Positions 9,918 to 18,795 are shown, counted from the first letter of the stretch. The stretch: DNA of 64,000 bases from an uncultured Gemmatimonadales bacterium (GCA_963707505.1 CAVPQB010000004.1:1216001-1280000); one strand, 5' to 3'. The notes: generated by a model not told the origin, from the sequence alone. Made by a program: numbers and translations.

Positions 9918-10277
9918 GTGACGGTAACGACGAAGCGGGCCTACGACGCGCCAGCCGAGGCGGACGGTTATCGCGTGCTGGTCGACCGGCTCTGGCCGCG
10001 CGGAGTGTCGAAGGCAACGGCGCAGATCGACGCGTGGGAAAAGGACATCGCTCCGTCGACGGAGCTACGGCAGTGGTACGGCCACGATCCTGCGAAATGG
10101 CCCGACTTTCAGAAGCGCTATCGCCGTGAGCTGGAGGCCGCACCTGCCGCGGCAGTATTGGACGATCTGGTGCGCCGGGCTCGGCGTGGACGCGTCACGC
10201 TGGTCTACGCATCGCACGCTGGCGAGATCAGCAACGCCGCGGTGCTCGCAGCGATCCTCAATCAGCGAGCTTCCTGA
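9918..10277 (+). CDS. DUF488/YeaO family protein (second copy)
   Basis: KRAYD..ADGYRVLVDRLWPRGVSK..WEKDIAPS.ELRQWY.HD; AGGAG RBS before GTG. Confidence 0.9.
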   Translation: MTVTTKRAYDAPAEADGYRVLVDRLWPRGVSKATAQIDAWEKDIAPSTELRQWYGHDPAKWPDFQKRYRRELEAAPAAAVLDDLVRRARRGRVTLVYASHAGEISNAAVLAAILNQRAS

Positions 10278-10482
10278 GCGCAGATCCCTTGTGCATTGCG
10301 ATGTGATCGGTGGTGTCGCTCCTGATCTCGTACTGCGGATCGTCCTTCGTTGCATGGACGGTGTAGCCCTTGAACTGAATGTTCGAGGTCACCACGCGCG
10401 TGATGTGGCCCCGAACTCTGCCGGCCTCGGAGTTCCAGCTCACGTGGTCGCCACGCTTGAAGCGCTTGGTGTTGGCAGTCAT
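10258..10482 (-). CDS. DUF2945 (Tudor-like) small protein
   Basis: FKRGDHVSWNSEAG.V.G.I..HATKDDPQYEI.SD.TDHIAMHKGSAL. Confidence 0.85.
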   Translation of the reverse strand: MTANTKRFKRGDHVSWNSEAGRVRGHITRVVTSNIQFKGYTVHATKDDPQYEIRSDTTDHIAMHKGSALRKLAD

Positions 10483-10517
10483 GGTCTACTTTCTCCGTTG
10501 CCCGATGCATCAGGCGT

Positions 10518-10533
10518 CGCAATCCCGGTGCCG
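10518..10533 (-). promoter_or_regulatory. Putative sigma54 -24/-12 promoter of DUF2945
   Basis: The minus strand reads CGGCACCGGGATTGCG, an exact GGCAC-N5-TTGC match, about 36 bp upstream of the ATG at 10482. Confidence 0.65.
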
Positions 10534-10683
10534 TCCGCTATCGGCCATAGCCCGTCAAGGGCTATATTTGACGTGCTCAGACCCCGCTACGCGTCTGGTT
10601 AGCCGCCAGGGTTGCCGACGCGGCTGAAGATGCGCTTGCGGCAGGGGCGAGATGCAGTCCATAATATGTAAACCTATAAATTC

Positions 10684-11343
10684 ATGACAAAAACTGGATC
10701 GCTGGCGCCATTCGACGGAGACGTCGCCGAGGAGCGCTTTTCGGAGCTTTTCGACCGCTACAAGCAGCACCTCGCGTGGGTCGGCGTGGTGATAATCCTC
10801 GCAGGTGTGGGCGTCTGGTTCTACCTGAGGTCGGAATCGATCAAGTCGCAGCGGGCGGAGGCGGCTTACGAGGCAGCGATCCAGAGCGTGTCGTCCGGCA
10901 ACCTGCCGTTGGCGCAGTCCGATCTCAAGAAGGCGGCGGTTCGCTATGCAGGCACCAACGGTGGCACCGAGAGCTCCATGGCGCTGGCCAAGATCTACTA
11001 CCAGCAGGGCAAGTATCAGGACGGCATTTCGGCACTGACGGATGCGGCATCGAAAAAGGGAGACCTGCAGTACGAGGCTCGGCTCCTGACTGCCTCGGGC
11101 TATGAAGGTCTGAACAAGTGGGCCGAAGCCGCCAAGGAGTACGAGGCAGCCGCCGACGTCGCGCGGTTCGACGCTGACAAGGCCGGTGCGCGAGCGATGG
11201 CAGCACGCGCCTACCAGGCGGGCGGAAACAAGGCGGCAGCGACCAAGATCTGGACCGATCTGCTGGCCGACCCCAAGAGCACATTCGCGACGGAAGCACA
11301 GATCCGTCTTGGCGAACTTGAGGCAGCGCCAATCAAGACCTGA
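10684..11343 (+). CDS. Membrane-anchored TPR protein (YfgM-like)
   Basis: One N-terminal TM helix followed by helical TPR-like repeats (RYAGTNGG..ALAKIYYQQGKYQDGI). Confidence 0.75.
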   Translation: MTKTGSLAPFDGDVAEERFSELFDRYKQHLAWVGVVIILAGVGVWFYLRSESIKSQRAEAAYEAAIQSVSSGNLPLAQSDLKKAAVRYAGTNGGTESSMALAKIYYQQGKYQDGISALTDAASKKGDLQYEARLLTASGYEGLNKWAEAAKEYEAAADVARFDADKAGARAMAARAYQAGGNKAAATKIWTDLLADPKSTFATEAQIRLGELEAAPIKT

Positions 11344-11368
11344 TCCGAGACTTCACAAAGTGGATGAG

Positions 11369-11399
11369 AAGGCCGCCCGATTCGGGGCGGCTTTTTTTT
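11369..11399 (+). terminator. Intrinsic terminator
   Basis: GCCGCCC-GATTCG-GGGCGGC hairpin followed by T8, just after the TPR gene. Confidence 0.9.
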
Positions 11400-11528
11400 G
11401 GCCGGCGGTCGACGGTGAGCGACTCTACCTGCGAACCGTCGTCATGCAGGAGAAGGCCGGGTCCGCTGAATGGCGTCGTCGCAACCTTTGGCGGGATCGC
11501 GACCGTCCACGTGCGCGGCCTCCCTCCG

Positions 11529-11590
11529 CCCGATGTGCCGCGATGTGCCGATGTGCCGATTCACCGATGTGCCATTTGCCGATTGTGCAG
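11529..11590. repeat. Degenerate ~8-bp tandem repeat (GCCGATGT), about 7 units
   Basis: cccgatgt gccgcgatgt gccgatgt gccgattc accgatgt gccattt gccgattgt. Confidence 0.7.
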
Positions 11591-11687
11591 CGATCGACCC
11601 GCGATCCGTTTAGCGGAGGAGGGCCACCGATCATGCGTTCGAGATCTATCAGGATCCAGCCAGTAGCGCGCCGGCATCACGAATTGA

Positions 11688-11715
11688 GGTGCGTATAATA
11701 TGGATTATGTAAACT
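11688..11715 (+). other. dif chromosome-dimer resolution site (XerC arm, 6-bp spacer, XerD arm)
   Basis: GGTGCGTATAA-TATGGA-TTATGTAAACT versus E. coli dif GGTGCGCATAA-TGTATA-TTATGTTAAAT (10/11 and 9/11 arm identity); intergenic between convergent genes. Confidence 0.85.
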
Positions 11716-11742
11716 AAATAATGTGGGAAATGTGGGAAAACC

Positions 11743-12567
11743 CTACAAATCCCCCAACGTCCCCTCGAACACCAGCCGGCCTTCGCCCCTCAACGACGCC
11801 TTCCAAACCCCCTCAGAGCCTCGTACGGACCGAATTCCCAGCGTCCCGCCGGATGCGGTCTCGAGCTCCACGTCATCGCCAGCTTCGCCCCAGAGCCTCA
11901 GCAGAATCGCCGTCGCAACACTCCCGGTGCCACACGCCAGCGTCTCGCCCTCGACGCCGCGCTCGAATGTCCGGATGTGCCATCCGTCGTGATCCTTACT
12001 CACAAAATTCACGTTTGCGCCGGCCTCGAGCGAACCGTGATTTCTGACGTACCTGCCACGTCCCATCACATCGCACAGCGCGACATCCGCCACCCGAATC
12101 ACCACGTGCGGTATTCCAGCGACGGCGAAGCCGAGCCGCTCCTCGCCCCGGTCGCGCTCGATGGCCGCCACGTCCGGTTCCGTCTGACGTATGTCCGGGA
12201 GGTCGAATTCTGGCCTTCCTGCCCGTATTCGAGCCCGGAGAACCCCGGTTCCCGTCTCGAGCGCGAAGCCCGAGGGGTCCACGGCCCCCAGCTTCGCAGC
12301 CAGGCTCGACGTGCACAACGTCGCGTTGCCGCAAAGATCCGCGAGCGTTCCGTCCGCGTTGAAATAGGTCAGCGCGATATCTGCAGCGGGATTTCTGGGC
12401 TTTGTGAGGATCACGAGACCATCAGCTCCGACACCCGTCCCACGGGCGCAGATGCGTTGGATTACCGGCGGGCCCTCGAACTCGCCTGCCGGCTCGCTTC
12501 GGCCGTCGACGAAGACGAAGTCGTTGCCCGACCCGGTCATCTTCCAGAAATGCCGACCCTCGACCAT
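11743..12567 (-). CDS. dapF: Diaminopimelate epimerase
   Basis: FWKMTGSGNDF, GVGADG, FNADG..DLCGNA, RTFERGVEGETLACGTG. Confidence 0.95.
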   Translation of the reverse strand: MVEGRHFWKMTGSGNDFVFVDGRSEPAGEFEGPPVIQRICARGTGVGADGLVILTKPRNPAADIALTYFNADGTLADLCGNATLCTSSLAAKLGAVDPSGFALETGTGVLRARIRAGRPEFDLPDIRQTEPDVAAIERDRGEERLGFAVAGIPHVVIRVADVALCDVMGRGRYVRNHGSLEAGANVNFVSKDHDGWHIRTFERGVEGETLACGTGSVATAILLRLWGEAGDDVELETASGGTLGIRSVRGSEGVWKASLRGEGRLVFEGTLGDL

Positions 12568-12569
12568 CG

Positions 12570-13310
12570 CTAGATCTTCCTGGTGATCGCCTGCCATCTG
12601 AGTCGCCAGACCATCCATATGGCCTCGCGGACTATCTGTTTCGACATCTTGCTCTCGCCCAGGGTCCGGTCGTGGAAGACGATCGGAATCTCCTTGATCT
12701 TGAAACCACGCTTCCAGGCCCTGTAGCTCATCTCGATCTGAAACGCGTAACCGTTTGAATGGACAGCATTTAGATCGATCTCCTCAAGTACTTTCCGCCT
12801 GAATGCCTTGAAGCCGCCGGTCGCGTCGAAGACCGGGAGACGGGTCACGGCACGAGCATAGATGTTGGCCATGTAGCTCATCACCAACCGGCCGATCGGC
12901 CAGTTGACCACCGTCACCCTGCCATCCTGATAACGCGACCCGAGCACGATGTCGGCGTCGTCGATAGCTCGGAGAAACTGGGGGATGTGCCTGGGGTCGT
13001 GGGAGAAGTCGGCATCCATCTCGAAAGCCACGTCGTAGTGGCGCTCGATCGCCCACCTGAACCCTGCGAGGTAGGCGGTGCCGAGTCCCATCTTCGCGGC
13101 GCGCTCGACAAGGTGGATGCGCGGGCTCGCGGCGGCCATGTCGACGACCACCTGCCCCGTGCCATCCGGCGAGCCGTCGTCGACGACGAGCACGTCGATA
13201 CGCGGGTCCTGATCGAGGATCAGCGGGACGATGCGTGAGACGTTGTCTCGTTCGTTGTACGTAGGTACGATGACGAGGACGTGCTTGATTGGCGGCCGGT
13301 GCTCAGGCAA
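12570..13310 (-). CDS. Polyprenol monophosphomannose synthase-like GT2 (Ppm1/Dpm1); start uncertain (13310 or 13337)
   Basis: VIVPTYNERDN, VVDDGSPDGTG, GLGTAYLAGF, EMDADFSHDP, DATGGFKAFRR, SNGYAFQIEM, GESKMS. Confidence 0.9.
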   Translation of the reverse strand: MPEHRPPIKHVLVIVPTYNERDNVSRIVPLILDQDPRIDVLVVDDGSPDGTGQVVVDMAAASPRIHLVERAAKMGLGTAYLAGFRWAIERHYDVAFEMDADFSHDPRHIPQFLRAIDDADIVLGSRYQDGRVTVVNWPIGRLVMSYMANIYARAVTRLPVFDATGGFKAFRRKVLEEIDLNAVHSNGYAFQIEMSYRAWKRGFKIKEIPIVFHDRTLGESKMSKQIVREAIWMVWRLRWQAITRKI

Positions 13311-15747
13311 CGCGTCGTCGCTCCATAATGACGCCACCGGTCAGCGCGATCAGCGCGATGATGATGGCGATCCAGGTAACGGTCTTCCCCGTTTCGTACG
13401 GTGCGCTCGTAAAGGCGAGTTCGATCTTCCGTGCTCCGGGCGGAAGCTCCACCCCGATCATGCTGTACTGCGCTCGGCCTATATGCGCCGGCTTGCCGTC
13501 GACCGTCGCATGCCAACCTGGATAATAATTCTCGGAGACCACCAGCGCTGAGCCCGACGGTGCGTCACGGTCGAGCGTGAGCGACATTTTGCCGGGCCCA
13601 TACGAATCGACGTGCGCGACGATGCCCGTCGGCGCAGGTAGTGCCGTCACTGGCGGTCCGGCGGTCACAGGTGCTTCGGGATCGAAGAGAGCCGCGGTCT
13701 CGACGTCGAAGCGGGGGTTCATGATGGTGGCAAGCACCGCATCGTCGGCCGCTTTCACGATCACGGGAGCGACCCACGCGAACGGCGCCGAGCCAGGCAG
13801 CCGGTACACGTAATTGCTCTGCCCGCTCGCGTCTTCGGTCGATGGGCCAGCGACCTGGACGACGCCTGGTAACACGTTGGCGAGCTCGTGACCGTTGCTC
13901 AGGATGTACTGGGTGGCGGTGAGCCGACGGATGTTCGCATTCGTTATTATCTGACGCGTGGTTTCGGGTCCGGGGCCAGCGCCCTGCTCGATCGCCACGA
14001 GTGTATTGTAGCGTGCGATCTCATTCCCGTGATACCCGATCACGTTGAGCGCACGATGCGTCATCAGCTCGGCACCCGAATACAATGCGTCGTCGCCGCC
14101 ATTCTGTATCTCGACCGGTACCACGCGGCCCGGCTGCGGCAGGTTGCCGAGGTATTTCGTGGCGGCATCCGAGGCGTAAAGCTGGCGTGCCGGCGGCGAA
14201 AATACCCAGTACTGCTTGTTCACGACGAATAGGTCGAGCGCGACGAGAAGCGCGATCACTATCACGGGTCCAAATCGGCCCGCTACCTTCCGGATCTCTG
14301 CGGCCCTGAACATTGCGAGCCCTGCAAGTATCACGAAGATGAGCGAGCGAATCGCGCCGATCACGAGCGCGGTGTTGTTGGCGTCCACGACTTCGAGCCT
14401 GCTCTCGGGAGCCACGCTCCGCGCGAATGCGGTCAGCACACCTGTCGCAGCGAGCACAACTACGGCAGCAGCGGCGATCCCCCAACCCAGCACGTACTTG
14501 CGGGTTGTCTCGGACAGGAGCGCCTTCTCCACCCCGCGCGCGGCGAATACTGCAATACCCATCGTTCCGACGAAGAACACTGAATCAGGTGCGCGGAAGT
14601 ACTTGGTGCCCGGCACGAGATAGAACGGAATGTTGTAGAACGGCGTGTTGCCGCCCAACGCCCAGAGAAGTGCGATGACGATGGTGACAGCCCAGAACCA
14701 CAGCTCGCGTGAACGCCTGTCGCGCCTTATCCCGCTCAGGCCCAATCCGCCGAGCATTAGAACTACGACTCCGACGTAATCGCCCTGGAAGTGGATGCCA
14801 TTGGGCCCCCAGTAGTGATCCAGGATGCCTGTGAACTCGGGCAGATACGCGTTGAGAATCTCCTGCGGGTTCTTGGCGTAAGACGTCGCTCGCTCGTACG
14901 TACCGATGCCGGCCGCGCGCGGCGACCACGCCACGTATTCACGCACAGGGAGATACTGCACTGCGCCGATGGCGAGTCCGACCGCAACGGCAATCAGCGC
15001 GGCGGCGAGCCGCTTGAGCGCGAGCTTGCCATCACCGGTTCCGTCCCGCACCAGCCCAACGGCGAGCACTATCGCATACGCGCCGGCCGCGAGCAGCGAA
15101 TACTCGAGCAGCTGAGGGTGCGGCGCGAGGATGTCCAGGCCAACCGTGGCGGCGATAGCGCCGAGTGCCCAGAGGCGTCCGTCACGCACCCACGCTATGA
15201 TGGTCCACAGCAACAGCGGGAACAGCGCGGCGACGAATAGTTTGCCGTCGTGGCCGGGGTTCACGTACGTCGCGATGTGGCCGCTCAGCATGTACGCGAG
15301 GCCACCCACGAACGCGCCGGCGAACCCGAAGTTCGCGCGTCGCATGAACATGTACGTGAACGCGCCGGCCAGGAAAATATGGATCATGAACCCCCACGTC
15401 ATTGCGACGTCCGTGGGGAGAACCATTCTGAGCAGAAATGTTGGGTAGAAGATGTCGCCGTGCATTGCAGCGACGAACGGCATCCCACCGAACTGGTACG
15501 GGTTCCACAGCGGGAACGACCCCGTCGCCTTGAGCGTGCTGGCCGCGAATTCCCTGAAGGCGTAACCGGCGATGTACTGATCGCTATGCGGTCCGACCAG
15601 AAACTGTCCGGCGAGTGCGGGCAGGCCGAGCGCCAGCGTGGCGATTGCATACGTCACAGTCGCCCAGAGCCCGGCAAATCGAGGCTCGTAGGAGCCGATC
15701 ACCGGATCGGAGGTAAGCACTCTCTTCGCGCCAGCGGCTGCCGTCAT
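13303..15747 (-). CDS. YfhO-like multi-TM GT-C glycosyltransferase
   Basis: PLWNPYQFGGMPF.A..GDIFYP, many TM helices, C-terminal LVVSENYYPGW.ATVDGK. The ATG at 15747 overlaps the upstream stop (ATGA). Confidence 0.8.
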   Translation of the reverse strand: MTAAAGAKRVLTSDPVIGSYEPRFAGLWATVTYAIATLALGLPALAGQFLVGPHSDQYIAGYAFREFAASTLKATGSFPLWNPYQFGGMPFVAAMHGDIFYPTFLLRMVLPTDVAMTWGFMIHIFLAGAFTYMFMRRANFGFAGAFVGGLAYMLSGHIATYVNPGHDGKLFVAALFPLLLWTIIAWVRDGRLWALGAIAATVGLDILAPHPQLLEYSLLAAGAYAIVLAVGLVRDGTGDGKLALKRLAAALIAVAVGLAIGAVQYLPVREYVAWSPRAAGIGTYERATSYAKNPQEILNAYLPEFTGILDHYWGPNGIHFQGDYVGVVVLMLGGLGLSGIRRDRRSRELWFWAVTIVIALLWALGGNTPFYNIPFYLVPGTKYFRAPDSVFFVGTMGIAVFAARGVEKALLSETTRKYVLGWGIAAAAVVVLAATGVLTAFARSVAPESRLEVVDANNTALVIGAIRSLIFVILAGLAMFRAAEIRKVAGRFGPVIVIALLVALDLFVVNKQYWVFSPPARQLYASDAATKYLGNLPQPGRVVPVEIQNGGDDALYSGAELMTHRALNVIGYHGNEIARYNTLVAIEQGAGPGPETTRQIITNANIRRLTATQYILSNGHELANVLPGVVQVAGPSTEDASGQSNYVYRLPGSAPFAWVAPVIVKAADDAVLATIMNPRFDVETAALFDPEAPVTAGPPVTALPAPTGIVAHVDSYGPGKMSLTLDRDAPSGSALVVSENYYPGWHATVDGKPAHIGRAQYSMIGVELPPGARKIELAFTSAPYETGKTVTWIAIIIALIALTGGVIMERRRVA

Positions 15748-16673
15748 TCGGAACGGGTTGGAGGTCGTAAGTGGCCCGCCGCGAGCGCGATGAGACCGGG
15801 TATTACTTCCAGTATGGTAAGCCACAGGCGGCTCATGACAGCGACGATTACGGCGTCGCCATACGTTGTGAGCCCCAGCAGTGGCAATCCTTCCCAGATC
15901 CCCGCCTCGCGTACTCCTATTCCCGCAGGGGCGATCAGGGTGATGAATCCAACAATATACGCCGCTGTGTATGCGGCAATGTAGAGTACGACTCCGCCGT
16001 GCACAGCGCTGCGCCCGAGGATCGCGATCGCGAACAGGCGGAAGGCCTCGCCATAGGCGCACCACGCGAAGGATGTCCCTGCGAGCGACCACCAGACGGT
16101 ACTCGACGGAATTACCGGAAGCCGAATATCCCGCTTTGTCAGCTTGCAGGCGAGGCGTACCGCGGCCGGAAGCCACATGGGAGCGGCCAGAACCCCGCAG
16201 ACCGACACGGCGGCGACTATTGCGAACACTGCGGCATGCGGCACCAGCCGCGACGCGAAGATGAGTACCAGCGCGAGACCGGAGACGAGGTTGAAGACGT
16301 TTACGATGATCGACGAGCCAGCAGCCGCGACGGACGACGCTCCCGTCTCCTTGGCCATCACGCCCAGTGCGGCAAGCGACCAGAGGTTTCCCGGAATGTA
16401 TTTGCCGAGACTCGCGGCGAACCAGATCCGCGCTGCGGTCCACCATGGCAGCTGAGTATCCCAGGCGGCAAGGACTCGGCGCCATGTCTCCACAAGGACT
16501 GCGTACGCCAGAAAGACGAGCAGCGAAGCCTCTATCAGCGCCACCCAGTCGATGTTGATCGTGGCGACGCGCTCCCCGATCATGTCCCAGCGCTTGGCGA
16601 TCGCTATGCTCGCAAAAATCACCACGAGAACGGCGAATACCAGCTGGGCAATACGCATCCACCTACTTCGCAT
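15744..16673 (-). CDS. Lysylphosphatidylglycerol synthase TM-domain (UPF0104, flippase-like) protein
   Basis: W..SLGKYIPGNLW, IAPAGIGVREA, SRLWLT; about 8 TM helices. Confidence 0.8.
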   Translation of the reverse strand: MRSRWMRIAQLVFAVLVVIFASIAIAKRWDMIGERVATINIDWVALIEASLLVFLAYAVLVETWRRVLAAWDTQLPWWTAARIWFAASLGKYIPGNLWSLAALGVMAKETGASSVAAAGSSIIVNVFNLVSGLALVLIFASRLVPHAAVFAIVAAVSVCGVLAAPMWLPAAVRLACKLTKRDIRLPVIPSSTVWWSLAGTSFAWCAYGEAFRLFAIAILGRSAVHGGVVLYIAAYTAAYIVGFITLIAPAGIGVREAGIWEGLPLLGLTTYGDAVIVAVMSRLWLTILEVIPGLIALAAGHLRPPTRSE

Positions 16674-17826
16674 TTTCGCTCACTGCATCACGGTAAATGT
16701 GAGCGTAGCGCTCGGCAACACTCTCTGGTGAAAAACGCGCCAGTGCAGCCACCCTGCCCGCCTTTCCGAGTCGTTCACGAAGCGCCGAGTCCTCCACGAT
16801 TCGTTCGACACATATGGCCAGGGCATCCACATCTCCGGGAGCGACGAGTGCGCCAGTGACGTCGTTCTCGATCACATCGACGAGTCCGCCTGACGCGAAT
16901 GCGACCGGCGGCGTTTCGCACAGCTGCGCTTCGGCGGCGACGAGCCCGAGGCCCTCGTCGATGAACGGCGCGATGAGCGCCGCGGCACGCGAGAGCAGCT
17001 GCGGCAGCTCACCATGCTTTACATGCCCGCGCCACAGGATCCGATCGGCCACTCCGAGCTGACCGGCAAGCTCGATCAACCTGGCCCGGTCGGGCCCGTC
17101 GCCGATCACGTCGAGCACTATGCTGCGCTTCATCGACGCGAGTGCGCGGATCGCCGTTTCGATTCCCTTCTGCGCAGAGAGACGTCCCACGAACACGATC
17201 CGGTTGGCGTCCCGGTCGCCGGTGGGCTCGAAGAGCGATGTCGCGACGGGCATCGGAGCAACTACGGGTGCAGTGCGACAGAGTGGCGCCGCCTGCGCGG
17301 CGAGCCAGCTCGAAACGCAGGTGACGCGCGCGGAGCGCTGAAATACATAGCGCGCAAGCGGGCGCGCGGCGGGTTTGTGTTGCAGCAATCGGAGGTCAGA
17401 TCCGTGCGCCGTAGTTACCAGTGGCACACGAGACAGGCGGCTCGCAGTCGACGCCGCGACTCCGTTCGGGAACCACCAGTGCGCATGAACGATGTCGGGC
17501 TTCCATGTCGATGTCTCAGACAGGACAGCTCGAGTTTCCGATACGATGAACGAACCGAGAGCCATCTTCGCCATGACTGATTTCGCGACGTCATCGGCCA
17601 TTGTGCCGCGGTATGCGAGTGTTTCATGAGCGCGCGGTGCGTAACGAAAGCGCCGGACTGTGATTCCCCGAATCACGCTCGTCCTGTCGAGTCCGGCCGC
17701 GGACGGCGCAATGACGCGCACGTCCACGCCGTGTTGCATGAGCGCCGTTGCGAGGCCGAGAATGAACGATCCGGCGGCGTCGCCGTCGAACCGTGGAAAT
17801 GAATGCGCTACGAAAAGTGCTTTCAC
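16663..17826 (-). CDS. Glycosyltransferase family 4
   Basis: HSFPR..GD.AGSF, DIVHAHWWFP, FVGRLSAQKG, EGLGLVAAEA, SGGL.DVI. Confidence 0.9.
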   Translation of the reverse strand: MKALFVAHSFPRFDGDAAGSFILGLATALMQHGVDVRVIAPSAAGLDRTSVIRGITVRRFRYAPRAHETLAYRGTMADDVAKSVMAKMALGSFIVSETRAVLSETSTWKPDIVHAHWWFPNGVAASTASRLSRVPLVTTAHGSDLRLLQHKPAARPLARYVFQRSARVTCVSSWLAAQAAPLCRTAPVVAPMPVATSLFEPTGDRDANRIVFVGRLSAQKGIETAIRALASMKRSIVLDVIGDGPDRARLIELAGQLGVADRILWRGHVKHGELPQLLSRAAALIAPFIDEGLGLVAAEAQLCETPPVAFASGGLVDVIENDVTGALVAPGDVDALAICVERIVEDSALRERLGKAGRVAALARFSPESVAERYAHIYRDAVSENAK

Positions 17827-17829
17827 GCC

Positions 17830-18795
17830 TCAGCGCAGCGAGTCCGTATCGCGACCGACCAGCTCTTCGACGCGTCTCCGCAATTCGGCGATCTCGGCGC
17901 GCTGCGCAGCCATGAGCTCCGCCAGCAAACCAGTTGCAAAAAATACACTGCCGAGCAGCAGACAAACCTCCACGAGCGTGAGCAGAGGCCGGAAACCAAC
18001 GCCGGCGATGATGCGGTACAGTACGGCGACGATGCCGGTCAGCACTCCGATAAAGAAGAGCCCCGCGCCAAGTATGCCGAAGAACAACAACGGCTTGCGT
18101 GCGAAACGCAGCTCGAACCAGACCGCCAGCATGTCCAGCACACCCACGGGAATCCGGCTGAGACCAAACTTGGATTTTCCCGCCATGCGTGGATACAGCG
18201 GGATCGGTGTCTCGCCAACTGTGAAGCCGCGATGTGCCGCGACGACGATCATGTATCGATGCCAGTCCGGACGAACTGGAAGGGCGGCCATCACCTCGCG
18301 CCGGTACGCCTTGACCGAATTGAGATCGCGCACCGGCACGTCGAACAGCTTGCGGCTCAGGCCGTTGTAGATACCCGAGACGAATGCCTTTTCATACTCG
18401 CCTTCCTTTCTGCCGGTCATCATGTCGAACTCGCCAGCGAGAATGGGCTCGACGAGTTTGGGAATGTCTTCGGGCTTGAATTGCAGATCGGCGGGGTAGA
18501 ATACGAGCACGTCTCCGCGCGAGTGGACGTACCCCGTGCGCAACGCATCCGCGATCCCGCGACGGGTACGATGTCTCACGGAGCGCAGAAACGGATATTG
18601 TGATTCCAGATCAGCGAGAACCGCCGCGGTCGCATCTGTCGAGCCGTCGTCGATCACGACGACTTCGTACTTGTCAGGCTCCGCGGCAAACACTTCCGCG
18701 GCCTGGCGCATGAACTCCGGTAAATTCTCAGCTTCGTCCTTTGCCGGGACGAGCACGCTCACCCGCGGAAGCCTCGCCGCCGGCAGAGACGTCAT
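17830..18795 (-). CDS. GT2 polyprenol-phosphate glycosyltransferase (ArnC/GtrB-like, C-terminal TM helices)
   Basis: SVLVPAKDEAENL, DDGSTDAT, ADLQF.PEDIP, D.N..KAYRREV, HRY, R.AGKSKFG, two C-terminal TMs. Confidence 0.85.
   Translation of the reverse strand: MTSLPAARLPRVSVLVPAKDEAENLPEFMRQAAEVFAAEPDKYEVVVIDDGSTDATAAVLADLESQYPFLRSVRHRTRRGIADALRTGYVHSRGDVLVFYPADLQFKPEDIPKLVEPILAGEFDMMTGRKEGEYEKAFVSGIYNGLSRKLFDVPVRDLNSVKAYRREVMAALPVRPDWHRYMIVVAAHRGFTVGETPIPLYPRMAGKSKFGLSRIPVGVLDMLAVWFELRFARKPLLFFGILGAGLFFIGVLTGIVAVLYRIIAGVGFRPLLTLVEVCLLLGSVFFATGLLAELMAAQRAEIAELRRRVEELVGRDTDSLR

Noticed and set aside
10647..10674. ATATGTAAACC resembling a second XerD arm
   Set aside because: No XerC-like arm at the correct spacing; better explained as the promoter region of the TPR gene (TTGCGG-N18-CATAAT).
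11529..11590. Repeats here and at 1269-1323, 27790-27815 and 63197-63238 as a possible CRISPR array
   Set aside because: Units are 5-15 bp with no unique spacers, and no cas genes are present.
15748..16662. Apparent N-terminal 300 aa of the 1119-aa ORF 13303..16662
   Set aside because: An off-frame overlap with the UPF0104 gene; the real start is the ATG at 15747 that overlaps its stop.
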